DNA of 64,000 nt from an uncultured Gammaproteobacteria bacterium. GTDB taxonomy: Bacteria > Pseudomonadota > Gammaproteobacteria > JABDGN01. The stretch is from assembly GCA_963975985.1 (NCBI GenBank), contig CAXBIY010000010.1, positions 6,476 through 70,475 of the forward strand. The letters run 5' to 3'. The stretch's first letter is position 1. Each line of letters opens with the position of its first letter. A model generated the notes under the pieces. The model saw nothing but the letters and a program-made list of their open reading frames with translations, ran no database searches and was not told the DNA's origin. The position numbers and the translations under genes are program-made. Below are positions 49,562-57,575 of this stretch, piece by piece.

Positions 49562-50404
49562 TTAATCGAAGAGCTGACGATTCTCATCCATCATATGCCA
49601 TTCCATACCGGTCAAGTCTTGCTTACCGAGACCCACTGTCCAGCGAATACCACCGTACCAAGAAAAGTCATTAGGCTTATCATAGCTAGTACCGACTTCA
49701 AAGGCGACATTACGCGCCAAGAAAGCCATGATACCACTGAAACCAAAGGGATTTTGTAGGCTAAAAACAATATGTGCTTGTGGGCCTGTCACTGTTTGTG
49801 CGCCGTGGGCACTAAAATAATAACCGCCAAGATACGTTTCTAATGCGACATTGCGGCCGATGCGATAACCCACTTGCGCATCAAAACCCGGCATGATTTG
49901 TTCTAGGCCATCACGCAATTGTACGTTCTGAAAACTTTGCATGCTCGGCCCACCGACTACCTGCACATGCGTATCGACCACAGGTTGATACACATGTGCC
50001 TGGTAAACCCAATGCGTGGTTTGCGCTTGCGCACCGACAATGACTTGACTGAATAGTTTGCTATCAAAACTTCTTAGACGATCATAAAACGCATTCACAC
50101 CAAAAATCGCTTGGCGACCTTGAGTTAAATGATTCCACCCCACGCCGAAGCCGATTGTTTGTCGGGGCCCTTCACGCATGTAGTTTTGTAACTTAGCGTA
50201 TGTCACGTTACGTTCATCTTCCCAAAATGGCACCATCATGTTGGATTCAATAAATGAACTCTTGCGATTTTGATACATGATATGAGCATAGGTGGTTGGC
50301 GTGTAAATCCAGCCCGATTTTTTCAGCTTGCCATCATCATCAGTATCGGCAAATGCCGCTGATGTAATAAGCGTTAAAAGCAGAATGATACAAATTTTGC
50401 GCAT
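49562..50404 (-). CDS. Passenger-less paralog of the inverse-autotransporter-like beta-barrel
   Basis: It has a signal peptide and aligns with the barrel of 50606..53365 (PGFDAQVGYRIG.. vs PGWDSEIGYRIPG..; SYDKPNDFSWYGGIRWTVGLG vs QYDKPRGTNWYVGLRLRVGFG). It stops right after the linker. Confidence 0.6.
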   Translation of the reverse strand: MRKICIILLLTLITSAAFADTDDDGKLKKSGWIYTPTTYAHIMYQNRKSSFIESNMMVPFWEDERNVTYAKLQNYMREGPRQTIGFGVGWNHLTQGRQAIFGVNAFYDRLRSFDSKLFSQVIVGAQAQTTHWVYQAHVYQPVVDTHVQVVGGPSMQSFQNVQLRDGLEQIMPGFDAQVGYRIGRNVALETYLGGYYFSAHGAQTVTGPQAHIVFSLQNPFGFSGIMAFLARNVAFEVGTSYDKPNDFSWYGGIRWTVGLGKQDLTGMEWHMMDENRQLFD

Positions 50405-50605
50405 ATTTATTCCTCAAACAGTTGCGCGCATTATACATGATGGGGGACTCTTGACCAGCTTGTGCGGCGTATATGGCCATGTCGCATGGGTTTCGCATAG
50501 AAAGTTTGCCTTAGACGAGGCAAAGGTAAAATCTCAAAACAAAAAAAAGCCGCGGATAAACCGCGGCTCAACGTTACATAGTAGGGCGTCTACTACTTAC
50601 TTGGG

Positions 50606-53365
50606 TTAAGCATTGAAAGTGATGTGTGTATCAGTCGGCACATCGACATTATCCGTTGTCACACCATTAGCGGCGGCTAAAGCGGCGGCGTTGGCACTGC
50701 CGTTAACGGTAATGCTAGGGCCGATCAACGCATCGGTTTTAAAGCTAAAGGCAGTCGCGGTGGTATCGCCAGCAAAATCAAATTTATTATCCTTGATATT
50801 GTTCAACGTCATCACCACACCTCTTCCTTCTATTCCCTCAAATTTGAAACCACGGTTTTTATCGTCAGCCGTTTGGAAGGTAACATCGTTATTAGTCACA
50901 TCAGTGATATTCACTTCTACCTTAGGCTTAATGAGGAGATCAGGGTTAAACGCGACAGCATCCACATCCATCACATGGCCTTCTCGATTAAAATCAAAAG
51001 TATTGCCATTGAAACTATCAATGTCTACTTTCGCTTCATCCACTACTGTACGACCAGAATGGTAGACATCACCAGAAGCATTCAGTACTTCCACACCTTT
51101 ATCTACCGTTTTACCGGATAACACGCTCACATCATGAAACTTGAAGTGATTACCGTTAACTTCTTTCAACTGAATAGTGCTTGTTGCGCCAGAATGATGT
51201 TCCTCGGTCAAGACAGCGTTATCAATACTCATACCAATACTTGGCCCGGTTGAAATATACGGCACATTAAGCGCGGTAAACGTAAAGTCGTTACCTGTCA
51301 CACTATTCACTACAACATTAGCATCGCCACCCTCTGATAAACCAGAGAAATGGAAACCAACTGCTCGACCTTTAATAGGCAGATCAACATCTGGCACATT
51401 AGCCGTTGTGAAATTAACGGTATTACTATTAATGTTAGTCGCAGCGACTGTCGCTTTACTGTTATCATCTTGAGAATGTGCGCCAACGTGTAAACCGGTT
51501 ATATGATGGAAGACACCGAGTGCTTTAAAGTGGTTATCATTAAAATTAGTGATATTAACCGAAGCTTGCCCACCATTTTCAGCCACTGCATCGACATAAA
51601 CCAAATTCATTTCTTTACCGACTAATGTTTCATCAACATCGGTGCTCATATTAAAATGGTTACCTGTCACCGTTGATAAAGTTAAGGTTGAAGTGACATC
51701 AGTACCATCAGGATTCAAACCATCGGCATGGGCAATAAAACGTACCAAATCACCATCATCAGGATTAACTTCATAGCTACGTGTGAAGGTATTGCCTGTC
51801 ATATTGTTAACGGTGAAAGCACCATTTTGCACTTCAACTTGCATGCCATAAGCATATTGGTCAACCGCGATAGTACTATTAGTTAAATTTAAGACAGAGT
51901 TAGTGGAACCATCGCTGGTTAACAAGTCGATACCACCATTGGTCGTATTAACTGTATCAATCGTTAACGTGCCCACTGAAGCACCTGTTTCACCTGCGCC
52001 AAGCTCAAGTGGTGGTGTCGCTACTCTATTGGTAATCACGGAAGTGCCACCGGCTCCACCGCCACCATTTAGTGTAATATTAGTGATAGTATTGTTAGCA
52101 CCGAGCTGTAACATTGATGTGCCAGCCGGTCCATTCAACACACCACTGCTACCTACTTGCACATTGTAACTATGGCCATCACCCGGATTAAAGTTTAAAT
52201 CACCACCGGTGAGGTATTGATCGTTAAGGAGCTGTTTTGTTGCAGTTAAACCAACCGTACCGTTCACACCAATCACATCGGCATTGGCCAATCCATAATC
52301 GAGCTGCGCTTCATTGCTCACTTCCGCAATAGTGTAAGCAGAGCCATCGGCTTTGTTCCAACGCTTGTAATCCGTCTGCATTTTACGGCCTGATACAATG
52401 CCTTCACCACGGTAAATGTAGTCAAGCATACGTTGCTCAACACCTTCAAGATGGCTGTTGTCGCCAAAGCCAACTCGCAAACGCAAACCGACGTACCAGT
52501 TGGTGCCGCGAGGTTTGTCATATTGCACTTGACCTTCTAAACTGATGCGTTGGAAAATGGTTTGCCATAGTTTATCTTGGAAATAAAATGGGTTGTCGAA
52601 ATCAAATACGACGCGACCACGTGGGCCAGCAATCGATTCAACGCCAGGCGCATTAAACCAGTAACCACCGGCATAAAACGTGACACTGTGTTGACCGGGA
52701 ATACGGTAACCGATTTCACTATCCCAACCCGGCATCGCGGTTTCTTCACCCGCAATATAATAAGCATTATAGATACTGTTAGCGGGATCAACGGCTTGTG
52801 TCTTGGTTAAATCCCAACCGTTAACGCGCTTAGTGGTTTTACCAATAGGGATATAACCATTACCGGTAATTGACCAATGGTTAGTTTTCCACTCACCACC
52901 AATTGTTGTTTGTTGAAAACTATTGCTCTGTGCTGAATTAGCTAAATCATAAAAACCGTAAAGCCCCCACAACCATGATTTTTCAGCATTCATACCACGA
53001 TAACCTAAACCGAAGTTACCTTCGACAGCTGGGCCGGATTGTTTCACACCGCGAATGTCGGTAAAGAATAAGTTATGTGTGTTTTGGTAAAGCGGCATGA
53101 AGATATCGCCTTGACCATAACCATTGGTGCCTACGTTATCACCGCTAAAGCCACCACCAATATCCACGTAACCATTATAATAGGCGTTAGAGTCGGCTTT
53201 GGCCTGTGCGACCGTTTGCTTAATCGTTGCTGTTGCTGACGTTTTGGCTTTCTTTGATTCAACGGCATCATCATTTTCGGCGGCAAATCCTGCAAAAGGT
53301 GTTAGGCCCAATGCCAAGGATGTGGCAACTGCTAGTCGCTTGAAAGTATGTGTCGTTTTCGCCAT
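50606..53365 (-). CDS. Inverse-autotransporter (intimin/invasin-type barrel) adhesin-like protein with a repetitive C-terminal passenger
   Basis: A signal peptide precedes an N-terminal barrel with IAT_beta-like motifs (NFGLGYRGM..WGLYGFYDL..IGGEW..NGYIPIG). The ~580-aa passenger contains about nine x-G/N-N-x-F-x-F repeats. Confidence 0.6.
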   Translation of the reverse strand: MAKTTHTFKRLAVATSLALGLTPFAGFAAENDDAVESKKAKTSATATIKQTVAQAKADSNAYYNGYVDIGGGFSGDNVGTNGYGQGDIFMPLYQNTHNLFFTDIRGVKQSGPAVEGNFGLGYRGMNAEKSWLWGLYGFYDLANSAQSNSFQQTTIGGEWKTNHWSITGNGYIPIGKTTKRVNGWDLTKTQAVDPANSIYNAYYIAGEETAMPGWDSEIGYRIPGQHSVTFYAGGYWFNAPGVESIAGPRGRVVFDFDNPFYFQDKLWQTIFQRISLEGQVQYDKPRGTNWYVGLRLRVGFGDNSHLEGVEQRMLDYIYRGEGIVSGRKMQTDYKRWNKADGSAYTIAEVSNEAQLDYGLANADVIGVNGTVGLTATKQLLNDQYLTGGDLNFNPGDGHSYNVQVGSSGVLNGPAGTSMLQLGANNTITNITLNGGGGAGGTSVITNRVATPPLELGAGETGASVGTLTIDTVNTTNGGIDLLTSDGSTNSVLNLTNSTIAVDQYAYGMQVEVQNGAFTVNNMTGNTFTRSYEVNPDDGDLVRFIAHADGLNPDGTDVTSTLTLSTVTGNHFNMSTDVDETLVGKEMNLVYVDAVAENGGQASVNITNFNDNHFKALGVFHHITGLHVGAHSQDDNSKATVAATNINSNTVNFTTANVPDVDLPIKGRAVGFHFSGLSEGGDANVVVNSVTGNDFTFTALNVPYISTGPSIGMSIDNAVLTEEHHSGATSTIQLKEVNGNHFKFHDVSVLSGKTVDKGVEVLNASGDVYHSGRTVVDEAKVDIDSFNGNTFDFNREGHVMDVDAVAFNPDLLIKPKVEVNITDVTNNDVTFQTADDKNRGFKFEGIEGRGVVMTLNNIKDNKFDFAGDTTATAFSFKTDALIGPSITVNGSANAAALAAANGVTTDNVDVPTDTHITFNA

Positions 53366-53578
53366 GTGTTAACCCCTAGGTGTTTTTCGTTGTAAGGAAG
53401 TTATAGGCCATACTGTAGAAAATGCCAGTCGGTTTGAACTGTTTGCTTATTTAGCTATCAACCTGTTAGGTTATTTATCAACTCATTGTGTAAATAGCTT
53501 AAAAAACAGACAAATACGGATTCACTAATGGGCTTAATACACTTATAATGGTCCTCTTTATATTAAGGCTTGGCAAAG

Positions 53579-54247
53579 ATGAATCTGACAGTAGCAAAAA
53601 CGAATATGATGAAACAGCAGCTCCGCACAGCAGGTGCAACTGATCATGATTTATTGCAAGCTGTTGAAACCATCGCGCGCGAAGATTTTATGCCGCAAGC
53701 CTATCGCGAAGTCGCTTACTCTGATTTACGCATTCGTTTGGAGCACGATCAAATGATGTTGCCGCCCGAACAGCAAGCGATGTTGTTGCAACACTTAGCG
53801 TTGCAAGCAAGCGACCGTGTGCTAGAAATTGGCACCGGCACTGGCTACTTAACTGCATTGTTAGCCCGCCTAACGCAACAGGTCACTAGCGTTGAACAAT
53901 TTAGCGATTTTACTGATGCTGCGAAACAACGTTTAGCCAAGTACAATATTGATAACGTGACCTTGCTCACGCGTGATGCGTTTCATGATTGGGACAATTT
54001 AACGAACCATGAAACATTTGATATAATCTTATGTACTGCAGCGCTTTACCAATACCCTGGTGAACTATTGCAAAGCTTGGCCGTTAATGGCCGTGCGATT
54101 GTCATTGTGGGCAAAGCCCCTGTTATGTGTGCTTATTTATATGTGCGCACTGGCACGGATGAATGGCAAGAAACTAATTTATTTGACACTGCTGTGCCTT
54201 ATGCAGCAGGTATCACTCAACCCGAAACTTTTAGCTTTGAAGGATAA
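53579..54247 (+). CDS. Protein-L-isoaspartate O-methyltransferase-like (PCMT family) protein
   Basis: It has the SAM motif VLEIGTGTGYLTALLA. Its position directly upstream of tolC is recurrent in gammaproteobacteria. The alternative TTG start is at 53570. Confidence 0.75.
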   Translation: MNLTVAKTNMMKQQLRTAGATDHDLLQAVETIAREDFMPQAYREVAYSDLRIRLEHDQMMLPPEQQAMLLQHLALQASDRVLEIGTGTGYLTALLARLTQQVTSVEQFSDFTDAAKQRLAKYNIDNVTLLTRDAFHDWDNLTNHETFDIILCTAALYQYPGELLQSLAVNGRAIVIVGKAPVMCAYLYVRTGTDEWQETNLFDTAVPYAAGITQPETFSFEG

Positions 54248-54251
54248 CACT

Positions 54252-55952
54252 ATGCGTTTAAAAAAATGGATGACTATATTAATTGCCGGTATCGGTATCA
54301 CGGCCACTGCATCAGCGGCTGATTTAATGCAAGCGTATCAAGATGCGTTACAAAACGATCAACAATATAAAGAAGCGCAAGCGCAATATTTAAGTGATAA
54401 AGAAATTCTCGCGCAAGCACGCTCACTCGTCTTACCGGATGTTGTCGCCAGCGGTAACGCAGGGGTTAATTGGAATAATCAACACAGTTCCGGTGCTTAT
54501 ACGGCACAAGCTGAGCAGCGCTTCCAAGGTTATGGCTATAACTTACAATTAACCCAAGCCGTTTTCGATTGGTCAGCATTTGCCGGTTTACGCTCAGCCA
54601 AAGCTTCTGTACGCCAAGCCGCTGCTAGCTTTGCTTCGGCACAAGAAGATTTAGTTGCTCGTGTAGCCAATGCTTATTTCAATGTATTAGAAGCCGAAGA
54701 AGTCATGCGCGCCAATGAAGCACGCCAAGAAGCGACATTAGGTCAGTTAAATGTCGCACGCCAACGTTACCGTGTCGGCTTAGATGCTATTACCACGGTT
54801 TACCAAGCGCAAGCCGGTTACGATACCGCGCATGCTAGTTACATCAGCAGTCAAAACCAAGTGTCTGTGCAACAGGAAAATTTACGCGTTATTACCGGTA
54901 AACTTTATCCTGAACTAGCGCCCTTAAAATATGATTTCCCATTGGTTAAACCAACGCCTGCCAACATTGATACATGGACGAAAGTGGCTGTTGAACAAAA
55001 CCTTTCATTAAAATCAGCACGCTTTAACTCGATTGCCGCGCAAGAACAAATCAGTGTGAATTCAGGTCAACGCATGCCTTCTTTAAATTTAGTTGGTTCA
55101 TTTGGACAAAATCAAAACACTTTAAAACAAGGTGGTCCAGGCACAGAAGTGGATACTTCCGGTCAAGTCGGCTTAGATTTAAACTTCAACCCTTATAAAG
55201 GTGGCTTAATTACGTCACAAGTCCGTCAAGCGCAAGCTAACTATGAATTAGCGGTTGCACAAATGGATCAAAGCTATCGTCAAACGGTCGCTAACACACG
55301 TCAAAATTATTTAACGGTCATTTCGGACATTAGCTTATTAGAAGCTGATCGCCAAAGTATTAAATCAGCACAGTCTGCATTAGAAAGTACGGAAGCGGGT
55401 TATAAAGTGGGTACGCAAACCATTATCGATGTCTTGAATGAACAACAAGTGTTATTCGAAAACCAAACCACTTACGCGCAAGATCGCTTTAGCTACCTCA
55501 ATACGACATTGTCATTAAAACAAAATACTGGCATGTTGAAACCACAAGATTTACAGGAAATTAATCAGTGGTTAGTGATGGGTAAAAACGCATCGAAGAA
55601 AATGTATCAATCGCTTATTAAACGTTCTAAATCGCCCGCTGCGAAAAAAGCCATGGCGAAACGTGCAACGACGATTACTAAGCCAACGGCTAAAAAGACT
55701 GCAGTTGCAAAAAAAGCTGCTGTGAAAAAAGCTCCGGTTAAAGCTAAAACAGCTGTAACGAAGAAAGCGAAACCTGCTGCAGCTAAGGCAGCGACTAAAA
55801 CTAAGCCTGCTGCAGTTAAAAAAACGGTGGCAAAAAAAGCAACGCATAAAGCTACTGCACCTGCCAAACAAACCGTAACTGCGAAGCCACCTGTAGCTAC
55901 AGCGCCTGCTGTCACGGCGGTGGCTCCTACAATCACTAGCGCTAAATCTTAA
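54252..55952 (+). CDS. tolC: TolC-family outer-membrane channel with a Lys/Ala/Pro-rich C-terminal extension
   Basis: An AAGGA SD precedes the ATG at 54252. It has a signal peptide (ITATASA/ADL), duplicated OEP repeats, and then a 123-aa AKKA/KPAA-type tail. Confidence 0.85.
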   Translation: MRLKKWMTILIAGIGITATASAADLMQAYQDALQNDQQYKEAQAQYLSDKEILAQARSLVLPDVVASGNAGVNWNNQHSSGAYTAQAEQRFQGYGYNLQLTQAVFDWSAFAGLRSAKASVRQAAASFASAQEDLVARVANAYFNVLEAEEVMRANEARQEATLGQLNVARQRYRVGLDAITTVYQAQAGYDTAHASYISSQNQVSVQQENLRVITGKLYPELAPLKYDFPLVKPTPANIDTWTKVAVEQNLSLKSARFNSIAAQEQISVNSGQRMPSLNLVGSFGQNQNTLKQGGPGTEVDTSGQVGLDLNFNPYKGGLITSQVRQAQANYELAVAQMDQSYRQTVANTRQNYLTVISDISLLEADRQSIKSAQSALESTEAGYKVGTQTIIDVLNEQQVLFENQTTYAQDRFSYLNTTLSLKQNTGMLKPQDLQEINQWLVMGKNASKKMYQSLIKRSKSPAAKKAMAKRATTITKPTAKKTAVAKKAAVKKAPVKAKTAVTKKAKPAAAKAATKTKPAAVKKTVAKKATHKATAPAKQTVTAKPPVATAPAVTAVAPTITSAKS

Positions 55953-56018
55953 TCTATATTTAATCAGTGGCGAGTGCTCTGCTCGCTAATAAACAAACTA
56001 CTTTCATTATATTCGACA

Positions 56019-56052
56019 CAAAAAAAAGGGCTGCAAACTGCAGCCCTTCTTC
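56019..56052. terminator. Bidirectional rho-independent terminator
   Basis: The stem GGGCTGCA-AAC-TGCAGCCC is preceded by A8 (a U-tract for the minus strand) and followed by TTCTTC. Confidence 0.7.
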
Positions 56053-56264
56053 ACGCTTTGGACACTCAATACTAAGAAGTCCTGTACAAACATTCTCAGT
56101 GGAACGTAACTATAGACGACCCTTTTTATTTTGCAAATGTTTTTAAGGTTGGGAAAGAATCAAACGGATTTTGGCTCTATACTGACCGGCATCTAAATGT
56201 TGATTCTGATATTGTTGATGTTAATGAATAGTCGAATGCCTATTACACGTAGCGGCCATGACAT

Positions 56265-56987
56265 TTAAATTTCTACTTTTTGGCTAACACTCAATTGATT
56301 AGCTGCCAGCTTAATATCGCTGATATTATTTACCGCTTGCAATTGATAACTCACCATCGAATCAGCAGCTGGCAATGTGACCTCCCAAACATTACCCGCA
56401 TAAACACGCTTAACCGGTAATTCACTGCATTTATCTTTCACGCAAGCTTGGCCATTAAACATCAGCGCATTACTATTACCGGTGTTTTTAATCGTTAAGG
56501 TTTTACCATCGCGCTTCATGCTAATGTTTGCAACAGGATCTTTGGGTAACTGAATGAGCAACACCTTATATGCCAACAAAATTTGTACACCAACTTGCCT
56601 ATCATCGCCGTTTAATTTATCCGTCACAGGCTCAACTAAAACACGAAACACACGATCAGTTTTTGCCGGTGGCTGTGTTAACAACACACGTACTTTTCGA
56701 AACTGAGAACCTGGGATAATGAGTTTGGCGGGTGAGGTGACGACACCTCTTTTTTGACTCCCCGTCATAGGGATCTCTTTTTGTTGTTTCATCCCAGGCT
56801 CAACCACCTTCGAGGGGGTAACTTGCACATAAGCTTTTAACTTGGCATCATCATTCACCACCTTAATATCGACTGGTATTCGCGTTTGCGTGGCGCGCAC
56901 ATCAATGGTCATGGGGGTGACTTTAATGCCTGCGACAGTAAAAGAACTGCTCAACAATAAGCTCAAGAATAATAGACAACTTTTCAT
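56265..56987 (-). CDS. PapD-like periplasmic chaperone-like protein (orphan)
   Basis: It has a signal peptide (MKSCLLFLSLLLSSSFTVA) and a two-lobed Ig-like pattern (VTPMTIDV...IKVVN; VRVLLTQPP..RVFRVLVEPV; LTIKNTGNSNALM). Confidence 0.45.
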   Translation of the reverse strand: MKSCLLFLSLLLSSSFTVAGIKVTPMTIDVRATQTRIPVDIKVVNDDAKLKAYVQVTPSKVVEPGMKQQKEIPMTGSQKRGVVTSPAKLIIPGSQFRKVRVLLTQPPAKTDRVFRVLVEPVTDKLNGDDRQVGVQILLAYKVLLIQLPKDPVANISMKRDGKTLTIKNTGNSNALMFNGQACVKDKCSELPVKRVYAGNVWEVTLPAADSMVSYQLQAVNNISDIKLAANQLSVSQKVEI

Positions 56988-57100
56988 AACAACGGCCCAA
57001 TTAAATATTGAGGCATTATACCCTCCACCTCTCAAGACACACAAATATGGCAACTAGAAACTCATGGCTTATTAAGGGTAGGGGGGATACCCTATGAAGC

Positions 57101-57132
57101 AAAAAAAACATCCGAGCTTTCACCCGAATGTT
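57101..57132 (-). terminator. Rho-independent terminator downstream of the small acidic ORF
   Basis: On the minus strand, an 8-bp stem (AACAUUCG / CGGAUGUU, one G-U pair) is followed by U8. Confidence 0.6.
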
Positions 57133-57160
57133 CTGTGCGTGTTTCATCATTAAGAAAGAA

Positions 57161-57352
57161 TTAAACAGGTGATACTGTAAATTTCATATCACTACTATAA
57201 TAGGCATCTGATTCCACTGCATCAACTGCTGCCTGATCCGTATCCACACTTTCATCACCAGCGAGACAATTTTGACTGACGGCTGCTGATTGAATAGCAC
57301 TTGATTCAGCAAGATGCGTTAATGCTGTCGCTACTGTTGTTAATAGCTTCAT
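57161..57352 (-). CDS. Small acidic hypothetical protein (63 aa)
   Basis: The ORF is followed by a good terminator. I recognise no family. Confidence 0.35.
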   Translation of the reverse strand: MKLLTTVATALTHLAESSAIQSAAVSQNCLAGDESVDTDQAAVDAVESDAYYSSDMKFTVSPV

Positions 57353-57575
57353 ACATTATGCTCTCATTTTCTTGTTTTTTTACCCATAAAAAAGCACCTG
57401 AAGATTAGAGATTCCCGCGTGTCGGATCATCCATAATCTTCAAGTGCTTTCAAATTCAGTATAGCCAAGGTTTTCAATTGCGCAAACACAAATGATGAAT
57501 TATTAGACAGAGCAAGAGATAATCCTTATTTTTCAAAGGGTTACTATTTGCAAGAATCGCGTATAATAAGCGCCT

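Noticed and set aside
54060-54251. Upstream extension of the TolC ORF (track start at 54060), overlapping the pcm-like gene.
   Set aside because: The extension overlaps the 3' end of the preceding gene in another frame and lacks a signal peptide. The ATG at 54252 has an AAGGA SD and is followed by a canonical signal peptide.
55572-55936. Minus-strand ORFs 55572..55871 and 55607..55936, antisense to the TolC tail.
   Set aside because: The low-complexity GC-rich codon repeats of the Lys/Ala tail keep the antisense frames open. There are no start-site signals, so these are artefacts.
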